64,000 nucleotides of DNA from an uncultured Ignavibacteria bacterium (GTDB taxonomy: Bacteria > Zixibacteria > MSB-5A5 > WJJR01), in the NCBI GenBank assembly GCA_964371625.1, contig CAYJMP010000001.1, forward strand, positions 1,492,601 through 1,556,600. Direction: 5' to 3'. The position numbers and the translations under genes are program-made. Shown in pieces: positions 18,135 to 26,920 of the stretch. Within the stretch, counting starts at the first letter, position 1; each line of letters opens with the position of its first letter. The notes under the pieces were generated by a model. The model saw nothing but the letters and a program-made list of their open reading frames with translations, was not told the origin of the DNA and made no database searches.

Positions 18135-19210
18135 GGGTGCAGCGCCTCGAGATCCCCGATCACTGTCACGCCCTCGTCGATGTCGGGCCAACTTGAATCG
18201 ATCATTACCGCCGCAAAATCCTGATTGGACACAAGCCATTCCTTCGCTTTAGCACTCCCCATGACAAACAATCCTGATGACGCTGCGTCGACCGCCAACC
18301 CCTGATGGCCGAACACGGTGATGGATAGCAGGTCGGTTTGTGCCGGCATGCCGGTCCTCGGATCCATCAAATGACCGACGCGTTTTCCTTCCAGCGACAT
18401 GCGGAATGTCTCGATGTTCCCCGACGTCGCCACGGTGGAGAATCGATGGCGAACACGCATAGCGGGATCGAATCGACCACGTAGCGGGTCTCGAATCACG
18501 CACTCCCAAGTGCCGATGCCATTCTTGGCGGCTCGGAAGATGTCACCGCCACAATTGGCCATCGCCGATTCCGCGCCCGCGGCGAGCGCCGCGCAGACCG
18601 CTCGCTCCGCAGCGAGTCCCTTCGCCCATCCCCCCGAATCCAATTCGATCTCGGTTGATTCGCGCAGGAGGCGCCCGCCGTGCAAATCGCACTCGAGCAT
18701 GCGGTAATCCCAATCCCGTGTCGATGGGGATTCCTTCGTGGGCACGGAGCTCTCAAGTGGGCTCCGGAATCCCCAGCGCCGCATCATCGGCTCGACCGTC
18801 GGATCGAACATCCCCTCGAACCGCCCTGCCCAATGGAGACTCGCACCGATGGCTTCGAGCAGGGACTCATCGTCGATGTCGACGGAGAGGGTCTTGTTGG
18901 AATTGAATTGTGAGAGAGACGATCGCATGTCGAACACAGAATACACGCGATCAACCTCGCGAATCGCCTCGACCATCGCGGCAACCGCCAGTCGGGCCAC
19001 CTCCAGCTTTTCACTCTCGGCCTGAAGGGTATTCCAACCTCCCATTGCCCAGAGCTCCCGATGGAGCTTGGGGCGGCCCATTGCCTCAACAGGGCGAAGT
19101 AAGAGTGGAGGCACAAAGAGCGCTCCCGCCAACGTCGCGCCCGCGCCAAGAAAGCGACGACGCGTCCAAGTGGGTTCATCAGAACGTGCGGCCACGAATC
19201 GAGACTTCAT
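18131..19210 (-). CDS. apbE: FAD:protein FMN transferase (ApbE/Ftp family) with Tat signal
   Basis: Twin-arginine motif TRRRFLGAGATLAGALF. The ApbE signature region is ELDSGGWAKGLAAERA, with MDPRTGMP near the C-terminus. Confidence 0.75.
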   Translation of the reverse strand: MKSRFVAARSDEPTWTRRRFLGAGATLAGALFVPPLLLRPVEAMGRPKLHRELWAMGGWNTLQAESEKLEVARLAVAAMVEAIREVDRVYSVFDMRSSLSQFNSNKTLSVDIDDESLLEAIGASLHWAGRFEGMFDPTVEPMMRRWGFRSPLESSVPTKESPSTRDWDYRMLECDLHGGRLLRESTEIELDSGGWAKGLAAERAVCAALAAGAESAMANCGGDIFRAAKNGIGTWECVIRDPLRGRFDPAMRVRHRFSTVATSGNIETFRMSLEGKRVGHLMDPRTGMPAQTDLLSITVFGHQGLAVDAASSGLFVMGSAKAKEWLVSNQDFAAVMIDSSWPDIDEGVTVIGDLEALHP

Positions 19211-19216
19211 CGTCGC

Positions 19217-20380
19217 CTAGAAGTACGTCGCCAGTGAGAAACTGAACAATTTGCTGGGCACTGACCACGTCGTCGCGCCGGTTCCGCGCGTCCATGACCA
19301 ACTGTAGTCGGCTTTGACAACCGTGCCTTCGACCGGACGCATATTGAGACCGAAAGTGGCCGCCTGCTCATCGTCGCCGTCGCGATCGGTGTCGTAGTCG
19401 ACGCGGTCCCACCGCACCACGCCGGTGAACACGCTCTCCGGATAACGCCGGATCGCGCCAAAGCCGAAGTGGTATCCCACCTGGGCATAGAAGCCCATTT
19501 GCGCCTCTGCGGTCGGGGAGGCTGATGGCGCTACATCGGCGGAGACCAACGCCCCCTCCCCGCTGAACTGGTACGGCCCGCGCTGCAGATCCCAGTCCAG
19601 CGCGCCGATTGTGAGATCCTGCTCGCCGAAGTCGTCGTACTTCCCATGATGCCCGGATATCCCGACATCGACACCGAGCATCGGCGAGGCCGACAAACGA
19701 CCAGTGATCGCCTTGTTCTCGTTGTTATCAGTCTTCTGTGAACCGCGACCGCCGCGTACGCGCAGCCGCTGATTGCTGTCTATGATTCTCTGATTGAACC
19801 CGTTTATGATGTAAAGCTCGTACCCGATGACCCAATCCTGCGGATAGAACGACCCAAAGACCCCCATGCCGGCCTCGGACAATGTGGTCGGGAGCAGTTG
19901 ACGCGAGACTGCCGGCCTATTGGTGAGATCGTTGAGCGGCGAATCATGGATGAGGTTAAATTTCCCCAATGGCGTCAGAAGCACACCACCACGGATGTTG
20001 AGCGCATCCGAGAATACCCAGTCCATGAAGGCGTATTCCAATTTGATCTCGCCGTCCGTCTCCTCGTCGCCGGCCACTGCTCCTCCGTGCTCGAACTCGA
20101 TCTCCGTTGCGACGTGGATGTAATCAACCGGTTGCGCGAATATGAACGGGATGAGTCGATGCTGGTCGAACGTGGAATGCTCCCCGGATATTAGAAGTTC
20201 GTGATCCATATATCCACCGATCGCGATGCCGCCCGCGAAGTTTTTCAGATAGGGCTTGTCGGTGATTCCGCCTGGAACGACCGGGCGCGGACCAGTTGCA
20301 ACTTGCGCATGTGACGATTTTGCGGCCAGGATGCCGCAACCAAGGAACGCGGCGGCAAAAACGATCGACTTACGATACAT
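19217..20380 (-). CDS. Predicted outer-membrane beta-barrel protein (porin-like), first gene of the ApbE operon
   Basis: Signal peptide MYRKSIVFAAAFLGCGILAAKSSHAQ. Beta-rich composition and a C-terminal ...FSFSLATYF ending in Phe, typical of OM beta-barrels. A 6-nt gap separates it from apbE. Confidence 0.45.
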   Translation of the reverse strand: MYRKSIVFAAAFLGCGILAAKSSHAQVATGPRPVVPGGITDKPYLKNFAGGIAIGGYMDHELLISGEHSTFDQHRLIPFIFAQPVDYIHVATEIEFEHGGAVAGDEETDGEIKLEYAFMDWVFSDALNIRGGVLLTPLGKFNLIHDSPLNDLTNRPAVSRQLLPTTLSEAGMGVFGSFYPQDWVIGYELYIINGFNQRIIDSNQRLRVRGGRGSQKTDNNENKAITGRLSASPMLGVDVGISGHHGKYDDFGEQDLTIGALDWDLQRGPYQFSGEGALVSADVAPSASPTAEAQMGFYAQVGYHFGFGAIRRYPESVFTGVVRWDRVDYDTDRDGDDEQAATFGLNMRPVEGTVVKADYSWSWTRGTGATTWSVPSKLFSFSLATYF

Positions 20381-20555
20381 GAAACCCTCCAAAAGGTGAC
20401 GCAGCGTCGACGCTGCAACAAGACACACCACAGTCATCCCCACTCAAGATGATTGCAGACATGTGAACGGAGAATAGCTCTCGTAGGTCAGGGGCCCGCT
20501 CTCCGAAGGCCCTGAGCGAAGTCGAAAGGGTTGGGCCCTGACTTGCCGCTGTGAG

Positions 20556-20569
20556 TTAGGCGCACCTAA
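20556..20569. promoter_or_regulatory. Palindrome TTAGGCGCACCTAA (TTAGG-N4-CCTAA), candidate metalloregulator operator upstream of the beta-barrel/ApbE operon
   Basis: Perfect inverted pentamers TTAGG/CCTAA, the same half-sites as DtxR/IdeR iron boxes but with shorter spacing. It lies about 175 nt upstream of the operon start. Confidence 0.3.
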
Positions 20570-20595
20570 CAATAAAGGAAAAAAAGAGAGAACCC

Positions 20596-21096
20596 TCACC
20601 TCTTTGCCTCGATCCGGCATGATTCTTCCAGTTCGCAGTCGCGACAATGCTCCCCGGCCATGCGCAATTCCAGATACTCGTGGAAATGCTCGATCATGGC
20701 GGCAATATCCATCCGGCAGTGTTGCATGTAGTCTAGGAATGCGGTCAGGCGCGCCATCGTCTCGGCTCCCATCACATGTTCGACTTCGCAGGCATCACGC
20801 GCGGCCGTGCGCGGGTTGAGCTGCAGGACCTCGACAAAGAACTTCTGCAGGACTTCATAACGGCTGTTGATCGCCTCGGCCAGCTTCTTCCCCCGCGACG
20901 ATAATTGCACCGTCCCGTACGAGGTATGCAGCACCAACCCTCGCGCCTTCAGCGATCGCAGGGCCTCGGACACCGACGGCATGGTCACCCCCAGCGACTC
21001 GGCGATGGCTTTCACGCGCACCGCTTCCCCGTCAAGCCCCAGACGCAGGATCGTCTTGAGGTACATTTCCATGTTGGACGAAAGTGGCTTGGTCAC
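20596..21096 (-). CDS. DtxR/MntR-family metal-dependent transcriptional repressor
   Basis: N-terminal MEMYLKTILRL...AESLGVTMPSVSEALRSLKARGLV, a winged HTH typical of DtxR/IdeR/MntR, then a metal-binding/dimerisation region with His/Cys/Glu. Confidence 0.8.
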   Translation of the reverse strand: MTKPLSSNMEMYLKTILRLGLDGEAVRVKAIAESLGVTMPSVSEALRSLKARGLVLHTSYGTVQLSSRGKKLAEAINSRYEVLQKFFVEVLQLNPRTAARDACEVEHVMGAETMARLTAFLDYMQHCRMDIAAMIEHFHEYLELRMAGEHCRDCELEESCRIEAKR

Positions 21097-21120
21097 TGGT
21101 TCTCCTCCGCGCGCAGATTA

Positions 21121-21134
21121 TTAGGCCGCCCTAA
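21121..21134. promoter_or_regulatory. Palindrome TTAGGCCGCCCTAA (TTAGG-N4-CCTAA), second candidate operator about 25 nt upstream of the DtxR-like gene (autoregulation candidate)
   Basis: Same TTAGG-N4-CCTAA architecture as the site at 20556..20569. Confidence 0.3.
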
Positions 21135-21538
21135 CTCAGTCAAGTAGATTCCTGCTCGCGCGGCCAGGGTTTGACATTCCTCTGCCCTACATCGGCGACG
21201 CCGTCTCTCCGATTCGAACCCGGCGAACAGGAGAATTTCCAATCGGTATCTGGCTGAATACAATCGACTTAGGGATATACCCACGCGAATTCAATTCGCC
21301 TCCGAAAACTGCCCCACAAGCGGTGAAGCGCCCGGCAGGGTCACTGCCAATGTCGGTGGCACGCAGGAGGGCCGATACAGTGTAAAGCTTGACAAGGCCA
21401 AGCGATGGATATTCGATGAGGGTGACAGTTGAGGCGTTATGCCTGAACTTCCGGCCCCGGCGCGAGAGGCGGCACGTGAGTGTTGGATTCGGATCCGGAC
21501 GAATGAGTTAGAAATGACGGTTCACTTGTTAACGAAGA

Positions 21539-22756
21539 GTGGAAGAGGGTGAGGACTTAGTAATGTTGAAAGAGAAGAATTCAGGACGGCGACATACTTC
21601 TAATGACAGCGCAATCTCGGCGGTGCACGCAATCGCAGCGAGAGACCATCGCCGCTTGTTACCAGCGATCATCAGTATGGCTGCAACAACCGTCGTCGTG
21701 GCAATCTGCCTGGGACTGCATCCTTCAGGCGCCAGAGCGGGAGTCGAATCCTCCGTCGCAAGTCAGCCCGACAGGGTGGCCGTGGATAGTGGCCAATCCT
21801 CTGGCGCTGTCACAGGAGGGCCATCGATCCACTTTCCGGAGCCATCATTTGATTTTGGCACGGTCTCTCAGGGAACCAAAGTCGCCCACACATTCGCCGT
21901 GAAAAACACCGGCGATAAACCGCTGAAATTGATCAGGGCAAAGGCAACGTGAGGGTGCACAGCTGCCGTCTTGACAGTGACGGACATTCCCCCGGGCGGG
22001 GAAGGCAAAATAGAGGTGACCTTCGACAGCACACACAAGAAAGGCAAGCAGCAGAAGTCTATCACCGTAGAATCGAACGATCCTGCTCATCCGGAGTCGA
22101 CCCTACGGATTTCCGTGCTGATCGAGGTTGAGTTTGAATTCGAGTCTTCCATCTTGAGCATCGGTCACATTCGCAAAGGAGCACCCACAACCAAGACTGC
22201 GGTTCTGTTGATCAAGGATCCCTCCAAGAGAAGCCTGATCAATCTCACTTCCCAATCTTCTCAGATCGCTGCCCGGTTGGTTGAATCGGCAGCCGTCGAC
22301 AGTGGCCGAATTGATGTTGAAATCACCGTGAGTCCTGAGACGCCAGCCGGAAAAATGAATCAGTGGGTTATGGCAGAGATATCGGATGGCTCGTATCCGA
22401 CAGCAAGGCTGCAGATCGAAGGAACCGTTGTTGGCAATGTTGAGGTAAGTACTGAGAATGTGCGCTTCACAGTCGATACCTCCCGAGCGGCAACTGCTCC
22501 GACCGAACAAGAGATACAAGTCAGCGGCACACAGAGCGAATTCAAATTCCGGCTGCTGGGTGTTGAAGATTCCAAGGGCCTCTTGGCAATCGACATTGAT
22601 ACTGTGGCTGCTGGAGAGCGGTACGTAATCAGAGCGAAACCTAACGCGAATGCCTTGAAACTGAGGGGCAGTGCTTCGGGCGTAATGCGGATACTGACTG
22701 ACGATTCAGAACAGCCTGTGTTTGCAATCGGTTATGGCATCATTATCAGGCGCTGA
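21539..22756 (+). CDS. DUF1573-family secreted protein interrupted by an in-frame TGA (21950..21952) at the first Cys of the conserved SCGCT motif; selenocysteine candidate or pseudogene
   Basis: ORFs 21539..21952 and 21971..22756 are in the same frame. The joined translation ...FDFGTVSQGTKVAHTFAVKNTGDKPLKLIRAKAT[TGA]GCTAAVLTVTDIPPGGEGKIEVTFDS... matches the DUF1573 consensus ...PL.I..V..SCGCT...PG..G.I.V.F. A hairpin CCGTC-TTGACAGT-GACGG begins 13 nt after the TGA. Confidence 0.5.
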
Positions 22757-23170
22757 CCACAGAATCTGGCAAGCCACTGGGCATCGGCTTGGATGACGGC
22801 CCATACCGTTCCATGACTGACAGGCTTTCAACATGCTGCAGTGATGGGACTACTCGCCAAATGTGAGCAACCGGGGACTTTCGTGGTATTCACAGTCCTG
22901 CCTTGGCACCTATGGGGAGTGCCTCTGTCTGGCCCTCACCGCGGCCGGAGTGTAAGATCAGGCCCGAAGAAACCACATCTCGCGAGACAATCTTACTGCG
23001 GCAGCCACAACACCCCGGAGAACCGAATTTCCTCAATGTGGGTTTTGAGATTTCAGCTCGGAGCGGTGTATTACACTCTGAGCGCCGGCGCTTGCGGGCG
23101 AGTGGTGATGCCCGTTCTCAGGCCTCCGCCAATTCAAGATCGGATGCACTTCCTCCGTCGGAGTCCGATA

Positions 23171-24304
23171 ATGTCGCGAACCATCCCATTGCTTTTGCTG
23201 TTCCTGGCATGCGAGGCCCACGCGGCCTTGCCAAAGGTCCGTCTGACCCCGGTCTATCCGCATCTCCAATTCGATCGCCCGCTCTGCATCACGCATGCGA
23301 ATGATGGGGCGGGGCGGTTGTTCGTGGTCGAACAGGCGGGACGCATCCACGTCATGCCAGACGATCCCGGAACGAAGCAGTCATCGGTCTTCCTGGATAT
23401 CAGCGAGAGAGTCCGCACGGCGCACAACGAAGAGGGCCTGCTCGCTTTGGCGTTTCATCCTGGATACAAGGACAATGGCTTCTTCTATATCTACTACTCC
23501 GCCTCGGATCCTCGCCGCGGCGTACTCTCGCGCTTCCGTGTATCTCCCGACAACGAGAACGCTGCCGATCCGTCCTCAGAACGCGTGGTCCTGGAAGTCG
23601 AGCAACCGTACGGCAACCACAATGGCGCGACGGTGCTCTTTGGTCCCGATGGGTACTTGTACATCAGCCTCGGCGACGGCGGCTCGGCAGGCGATCCGTA
23701 CGGCAACGGGCAGAACCTCGACGCGCTCCTCGGGAAAATCCTCCGTCTTGATGTCAATCGTACCGATTCATCAAAGAACTATGCTATTCCATCGGACAAT
23801 CCCTTTGTTGGTGTTAAAGGCGCGCGCCCGGAAGTATGGGCGTATGGCTTGAGAAATGTCTGGCGAATGAGTTTCGACCGGCAAACCGGAGAACTCTGGG
23901 CCGGTGATGTCGGTCAGAACAAATGGGAAGAAATCGACATCATCGTCCGCGGCGGCAACTACGGCTGGAATATTCGCGAGGGGATGCACCCCTTTGAGGA
24001 TGCCGAACCGATATCTAAATTGATCGATCCCGTGGCTGAGTATGGCCGCGATGATGGTGCCTCGGTCACCGGAGGGTACGTCTATCGCGGGTCGCGTTTC
24101 CCCGCTCTTCAAGGCGTATACATCTACGCCGACTATGTCACCGGCACGATCTGGGGACTGCACCACTCCGATGGTCGGAAACTTGAAAAGGCGACTCTGC
24201 TCGAACAGCCTAACAACATCTCCTCATTCGGCGAGGACGCCGAGGGCGAAGTCCTAGTGACATGCTTCGATGGCCGTGTGTATCGGCTCGAAAGCGCGCC
24301 TTAG
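23171..24304 (+). CDS. PQQ-dependent sugar (aldose/sorbosone) dehydrogenase family, secreted
   Basis: Signal peptide MSRTIPLLLLFLACEAHA. Motifs EGLLALAFHP, YIYYS, SLGDGGSAGDP, YAIPSDNPF, WAYGLRNVWR and GGNYGWNIREG are typical of the soluble glucose dehydrogenase/YliI beta-propeller family. Confidence 0.8.
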   Translation: MSRTIPLLLLFLACEAHAALPKVRLTPVYPHLQFDRPLCITHANDGAGRLFVVEQAGRIHVMPDDPGTKQSSVFLDISERVRTAHNEEGLLALAFHPGYKDNGFFYIYYSASDPRRGVLSRFRVSPDNENAADPSSERVVLEVEQPYGNHNGATVLFGPDGYLYISLGDGGSAGDPYGNGQNLDALLGKILRLDVNRTDSSKNYAIPSDNPFVGVKGARPEVWAYGLRNVWRMSFDRQTGELWAGDVGQNKWEEIDIIVRGGNYGWNIREGMHPFEDAEPISKLIDPVAEYGRDDGASVTGGYVYRGSRFPALQGVYIYADYVTGTIWGLHHSDGRKLEKATLLEQPNNISSFGEDAEGEVLVTCFDGRVYRLESAP

Positions 24305-24460
24305 CCTTCACTATTCCGGGGCGTCCTATAAATCATTGATTGCCAATCCAATACCTTCCGTACGGCTGCTAATCGGCGCCGCCGCCGAAATACACCCAAA
24401 TCGATCCATATTTAACATCTGAGGATACTGCGCCTCCGCCGTAAGTCGCCGATACCTATA

Positions 24461-25120
24461 GTGATGCGAACCGGCGCGATCACCATAGCACTCGGTACTC
24501 TCGGTCTGATTTCGGCTGCCTCATTGGGCACCGCTGGCGAAATCCGCGGTCGCATTCGTGCGAGCGCAAGCGAAGCAGCCCCGCCCGCACGCTATGTCGT
24601 GCGGGGACAGAAAACCACACCCGCCAGCACGAGTGTCGTCGGTACTGTTGCGATTGCCCTCGAACCGCTCGACGCGAAGATTGTCACGCACAGACCCGAC
24701 ACTCCGTTCGTGATGGCTCAGGCGAACACTTCCTTCGTCCCGAACCTGTTGGTGGTGCCGGTCGGAGCACGAGTCACGTTTCCCAACCATGACGCGTTCT
24801 TCCATAACGTGTTCTCATACTCTCCTCCTCGTTCATTCGACCTCGGCCGCTATCCGCAAGGTGAGTCACGCACGGTTCGCTTCGAAGAGCCGGGCATTGT
24901 CCGCATCTTCTGCGAGATTCATGCTTCGATGTACGCCTCGATCCTCGTGGCGCCTTCGGACCTCACCCAGATCATCAGTTCGCAAGATGGATTCTCGTTC
25001 CCCGGCCTATCGGCGGGGCATTATCGCGTGGTGGCCGTCGACGCGGCAGGGCGACGTGCCAAATCCGATATCGATTTGAAAGAAGATCAGGTTAGTGATC
25101 TGATACTGACCCTAGAGTGA
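24461..25120 (+). CDS. Secreted cupredoxin-like (type-1 copper-like) domain protein
   Basis: Signal peptide. The C-terminal fold motif is VPVGARVTFPNHDAFFHNVFS...FCEIHASMYASILV; the His...Cys-x-x-His-x-x-x-x-Met spacing resembles blue-copper ligands. It lies 22 nt upstream of a histidine kinase gene. Confidence 0.4.
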   Translation: MMRTGAITIALGTLGLISAASLGTAGEIRGRIRASASEAAPPARYVVRGQKTTPASTSVVGTVAIALEPLDAKIVTHRPDTPFVMAQANTSFVPNLLVVPVGARVTFPNHDAFFHNVFSYSPPRSFDLGRYPQGESRTVRFEEPGIVRIFCEIHASMYASILVAPSDLTQIISSQDGFSFPGLSAGHYRVVAVDAAGRRAKSDIDLKEDQVSDLILTLE

Positions 25121-25141
25121 TCGAAAGGCGCTCGAGCAATC

Positions 25142-26920
25142 ATGTTTCTGCCTCTGCGGATGAAGTTCCTGTTGGTCGCGGCCGGCGTCGCTGTCGCCGC
25201 GTTGGGCTCTGCCCTCTGGGCTGTGAGCTATCAGCTCGAATCGCGCATGGCCGCGCAGATTGCCGGCATCCTCTCCGGAGCGGAATCGACCTTCATCAAC
25301 TGGAAAGACGAGCACCAGAAGCATCTTCAAGCGGAGGCGCGAATTGTCGCCCACGACCCGCGCTTCTTTGCGGCCGTGGCCGAGGGCGATGAGGCGACCG
25401 CCGCGCCGACGGCACGCGAATTCCAGAAGATGGCGGGCAGCGACCTCTTCCTCGTCTGCGACCGCCGTGGACGTCGTCTGGCGCACTTGGGAGCGGGTGA
25501 GGCGGACGTAGAGCTCGCCTGGCCGGCCTCGATCCCACCGGTCGGCCAGATTGTTCGCGCTGATAATTCGATCTTCCTCCTGCAATCTCAAGCCGTCACC
25601 GTGGGACCGGACACGGTCGGGTACGTCGCCCTGGGACTGCGTGTCAACGAAGATCTGGCTCGCACTATGGCACGGGTGGCCGGCGCCGATGTCATGTTTT
25701 TCGACAACAAGGACATCTTCGGCTCTACACTTTCGAAAGCCCAATCCCTTGAGTACGTGCGCAAGTTCAAGTCGAACGCGACAGTGACGGCAGTGGTCGA
25801 GCCGGAGTTGATCAATGTCGGGGGCGAGCGGGTACTTTGTCGCATCGGCCGCCTGACCAGTGATCAAGGCGCCACTTATGCCGTCATCATGTCACTCGAC
25901 AAACGCCTGAATCCCCAGATCGCCGATTTGCGCAGCACCGTGCTCTGGGTGGGAAGTATCGCGCTCCTTTTTGCCTTCGCCGTGTCATGGAGTGTCGCCC
26001 GCCGCGTCACAGCGCGGGTCCCGAAACTGGTTGCCGCGGTGGAGGCGGTCGCGCGCGGCGACTATGACCGTGTGGTCAGCCACGAGGGGCGGGATGAGTT
26101 GCGTGTGGTCGCCGACGCCGTCGACCGGATGCGCCACGAGCTGGCCGCACAGATCGATGCCATTCGCAAGGCGAATGCCGAGAAACTTGCCGCCGAACGG
26201 CTCGCGGTCATTGGGAACATGTCATCGACGATCATTCATGACTTCAAGACACCTATCCAAGTGATCCGCACCGCCGTTGAATTGTCTTCAGGGCAGAACG
26301 TCCGCCCCGAAAAACGCGAGGAGTACGCCCGCATGATCATGCGTGAATTGGACCGCATGGTGGGGATGGCGCAGGACCTCCTGTCATTCGCCCGGGGTGA
26401 ACGGCGCATGTCGCGCACAGAGATCGATCTTGTGGAATTCCTGAATGTGGCCGTCATCGCCTGGCGGCAGATCTGCGATCCCGAGGGCATTGAGGTGCGG
26501 TGTGAATGCATGGCGCCGCACACGATTGTCGCCATCGATCAGGACAAGATTCGCCGGGCCCTCGACAATATCGTGATCAACGCGACCGAGGTTCTCAAGG
26601 CCGGCGGCACGATCGCGATCGCCTGCCGTCGCGACGGCGACAGTGTGACCATCGGGATTTCGGATACAGGACCGGGTATCCCCGCGAATATTCGCGACGT
26701 GATCTTCGAACCCTTCGCGACATTTGGGAAGGAAAAGGGCTCGGGCCTGGGGTTGGCCATGGCCAAGAAAGCCGTTGAAGATCACGGTGGTGCGATCACG
26801 CTTGAGAGCGCACCCGGCATGGGGACGACATTTACGATAAGACTTCCCATCGGGCCGTTCAGCCGGTTTCCACTGCACACGGAAGTGGGGGAATCCAAGC
26901 ATGCGTCTGTTACGGTCTAG
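25142..26920 (+). CDS. Membrane sensor histidine kinase (periplasmic sensing domain, HAMP, HisKA, HATPase_c)
   Basis: N-terminal TM segment; a second TM at LWVGSIALLFAFAVSWSV; HAMP-like region; H-box AVIGNMSSTIIHDFKTPIQVI; N/G boxes DNIVINATEV, ISDTGPGIP, GSGLGLAMAKKAVEDHGGAI. Confidence 0.8.
   Translation: MFLPLRMKFLLVAAGVAVAALGSALWAVSYQLESRMAAQIAGILSGAESTFINWKDEHQKHLQAEARIVAHDPRFFAAVAEGDEATAAPTAREFQKMAGSDLFLVCDRRGRRLAHLGAGEADVELAWPASIPPVGQIVRADNSIFLLQSQAVTVGPDTVGYVALGLRVNEDLARTMARVAGADVMFFDNKDIFGSTLSKAQSLEYVRKFKSNATVTAVVEPELINVGGERVLCRIGRLTSDQGATYAVIMSLDKRLNPQIADLRSTVLWVGSIALLFAFAVSWSVARRVTARVPKLVAAVEAVARGDYDRVVSHEGRDELRVVADAVDRMRHELAAQIDAIRKANAEKLAAERLAVIGNMSSTIIHDFKTPIQVIRTAVELSSGQNVRPEKREEYARMIMRELDRMVGMAQDLLSFARGERRMSRTEIDLVEFLNVAVIAWRQICDPEGIEVRCECMAPHTIVAIDQDKIRRALDNIVINATEVLKAGGTIAIACRRDGDSVTIGISDTGPGIPANIRDVIFEPFATFGKEKGSGLGLAMAKKAVEDHGGAITLESAPGMGTTFTIRLPIGPFSRFPLHTEVGESKHASVTV

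Noticed and set aside
22841-23170. 110-aa N-terminal extension of the PQQ-dehydrogenase ORF
   Set aside because: The extension is low-complexity (Pro/Arg/Gly-rich) and lacks signal-peptide character. The internal ATG at 23171 gives a canonical signal peptide, MSRTIPLLLLFLACEAHA, immediately followed by the conserved domain.
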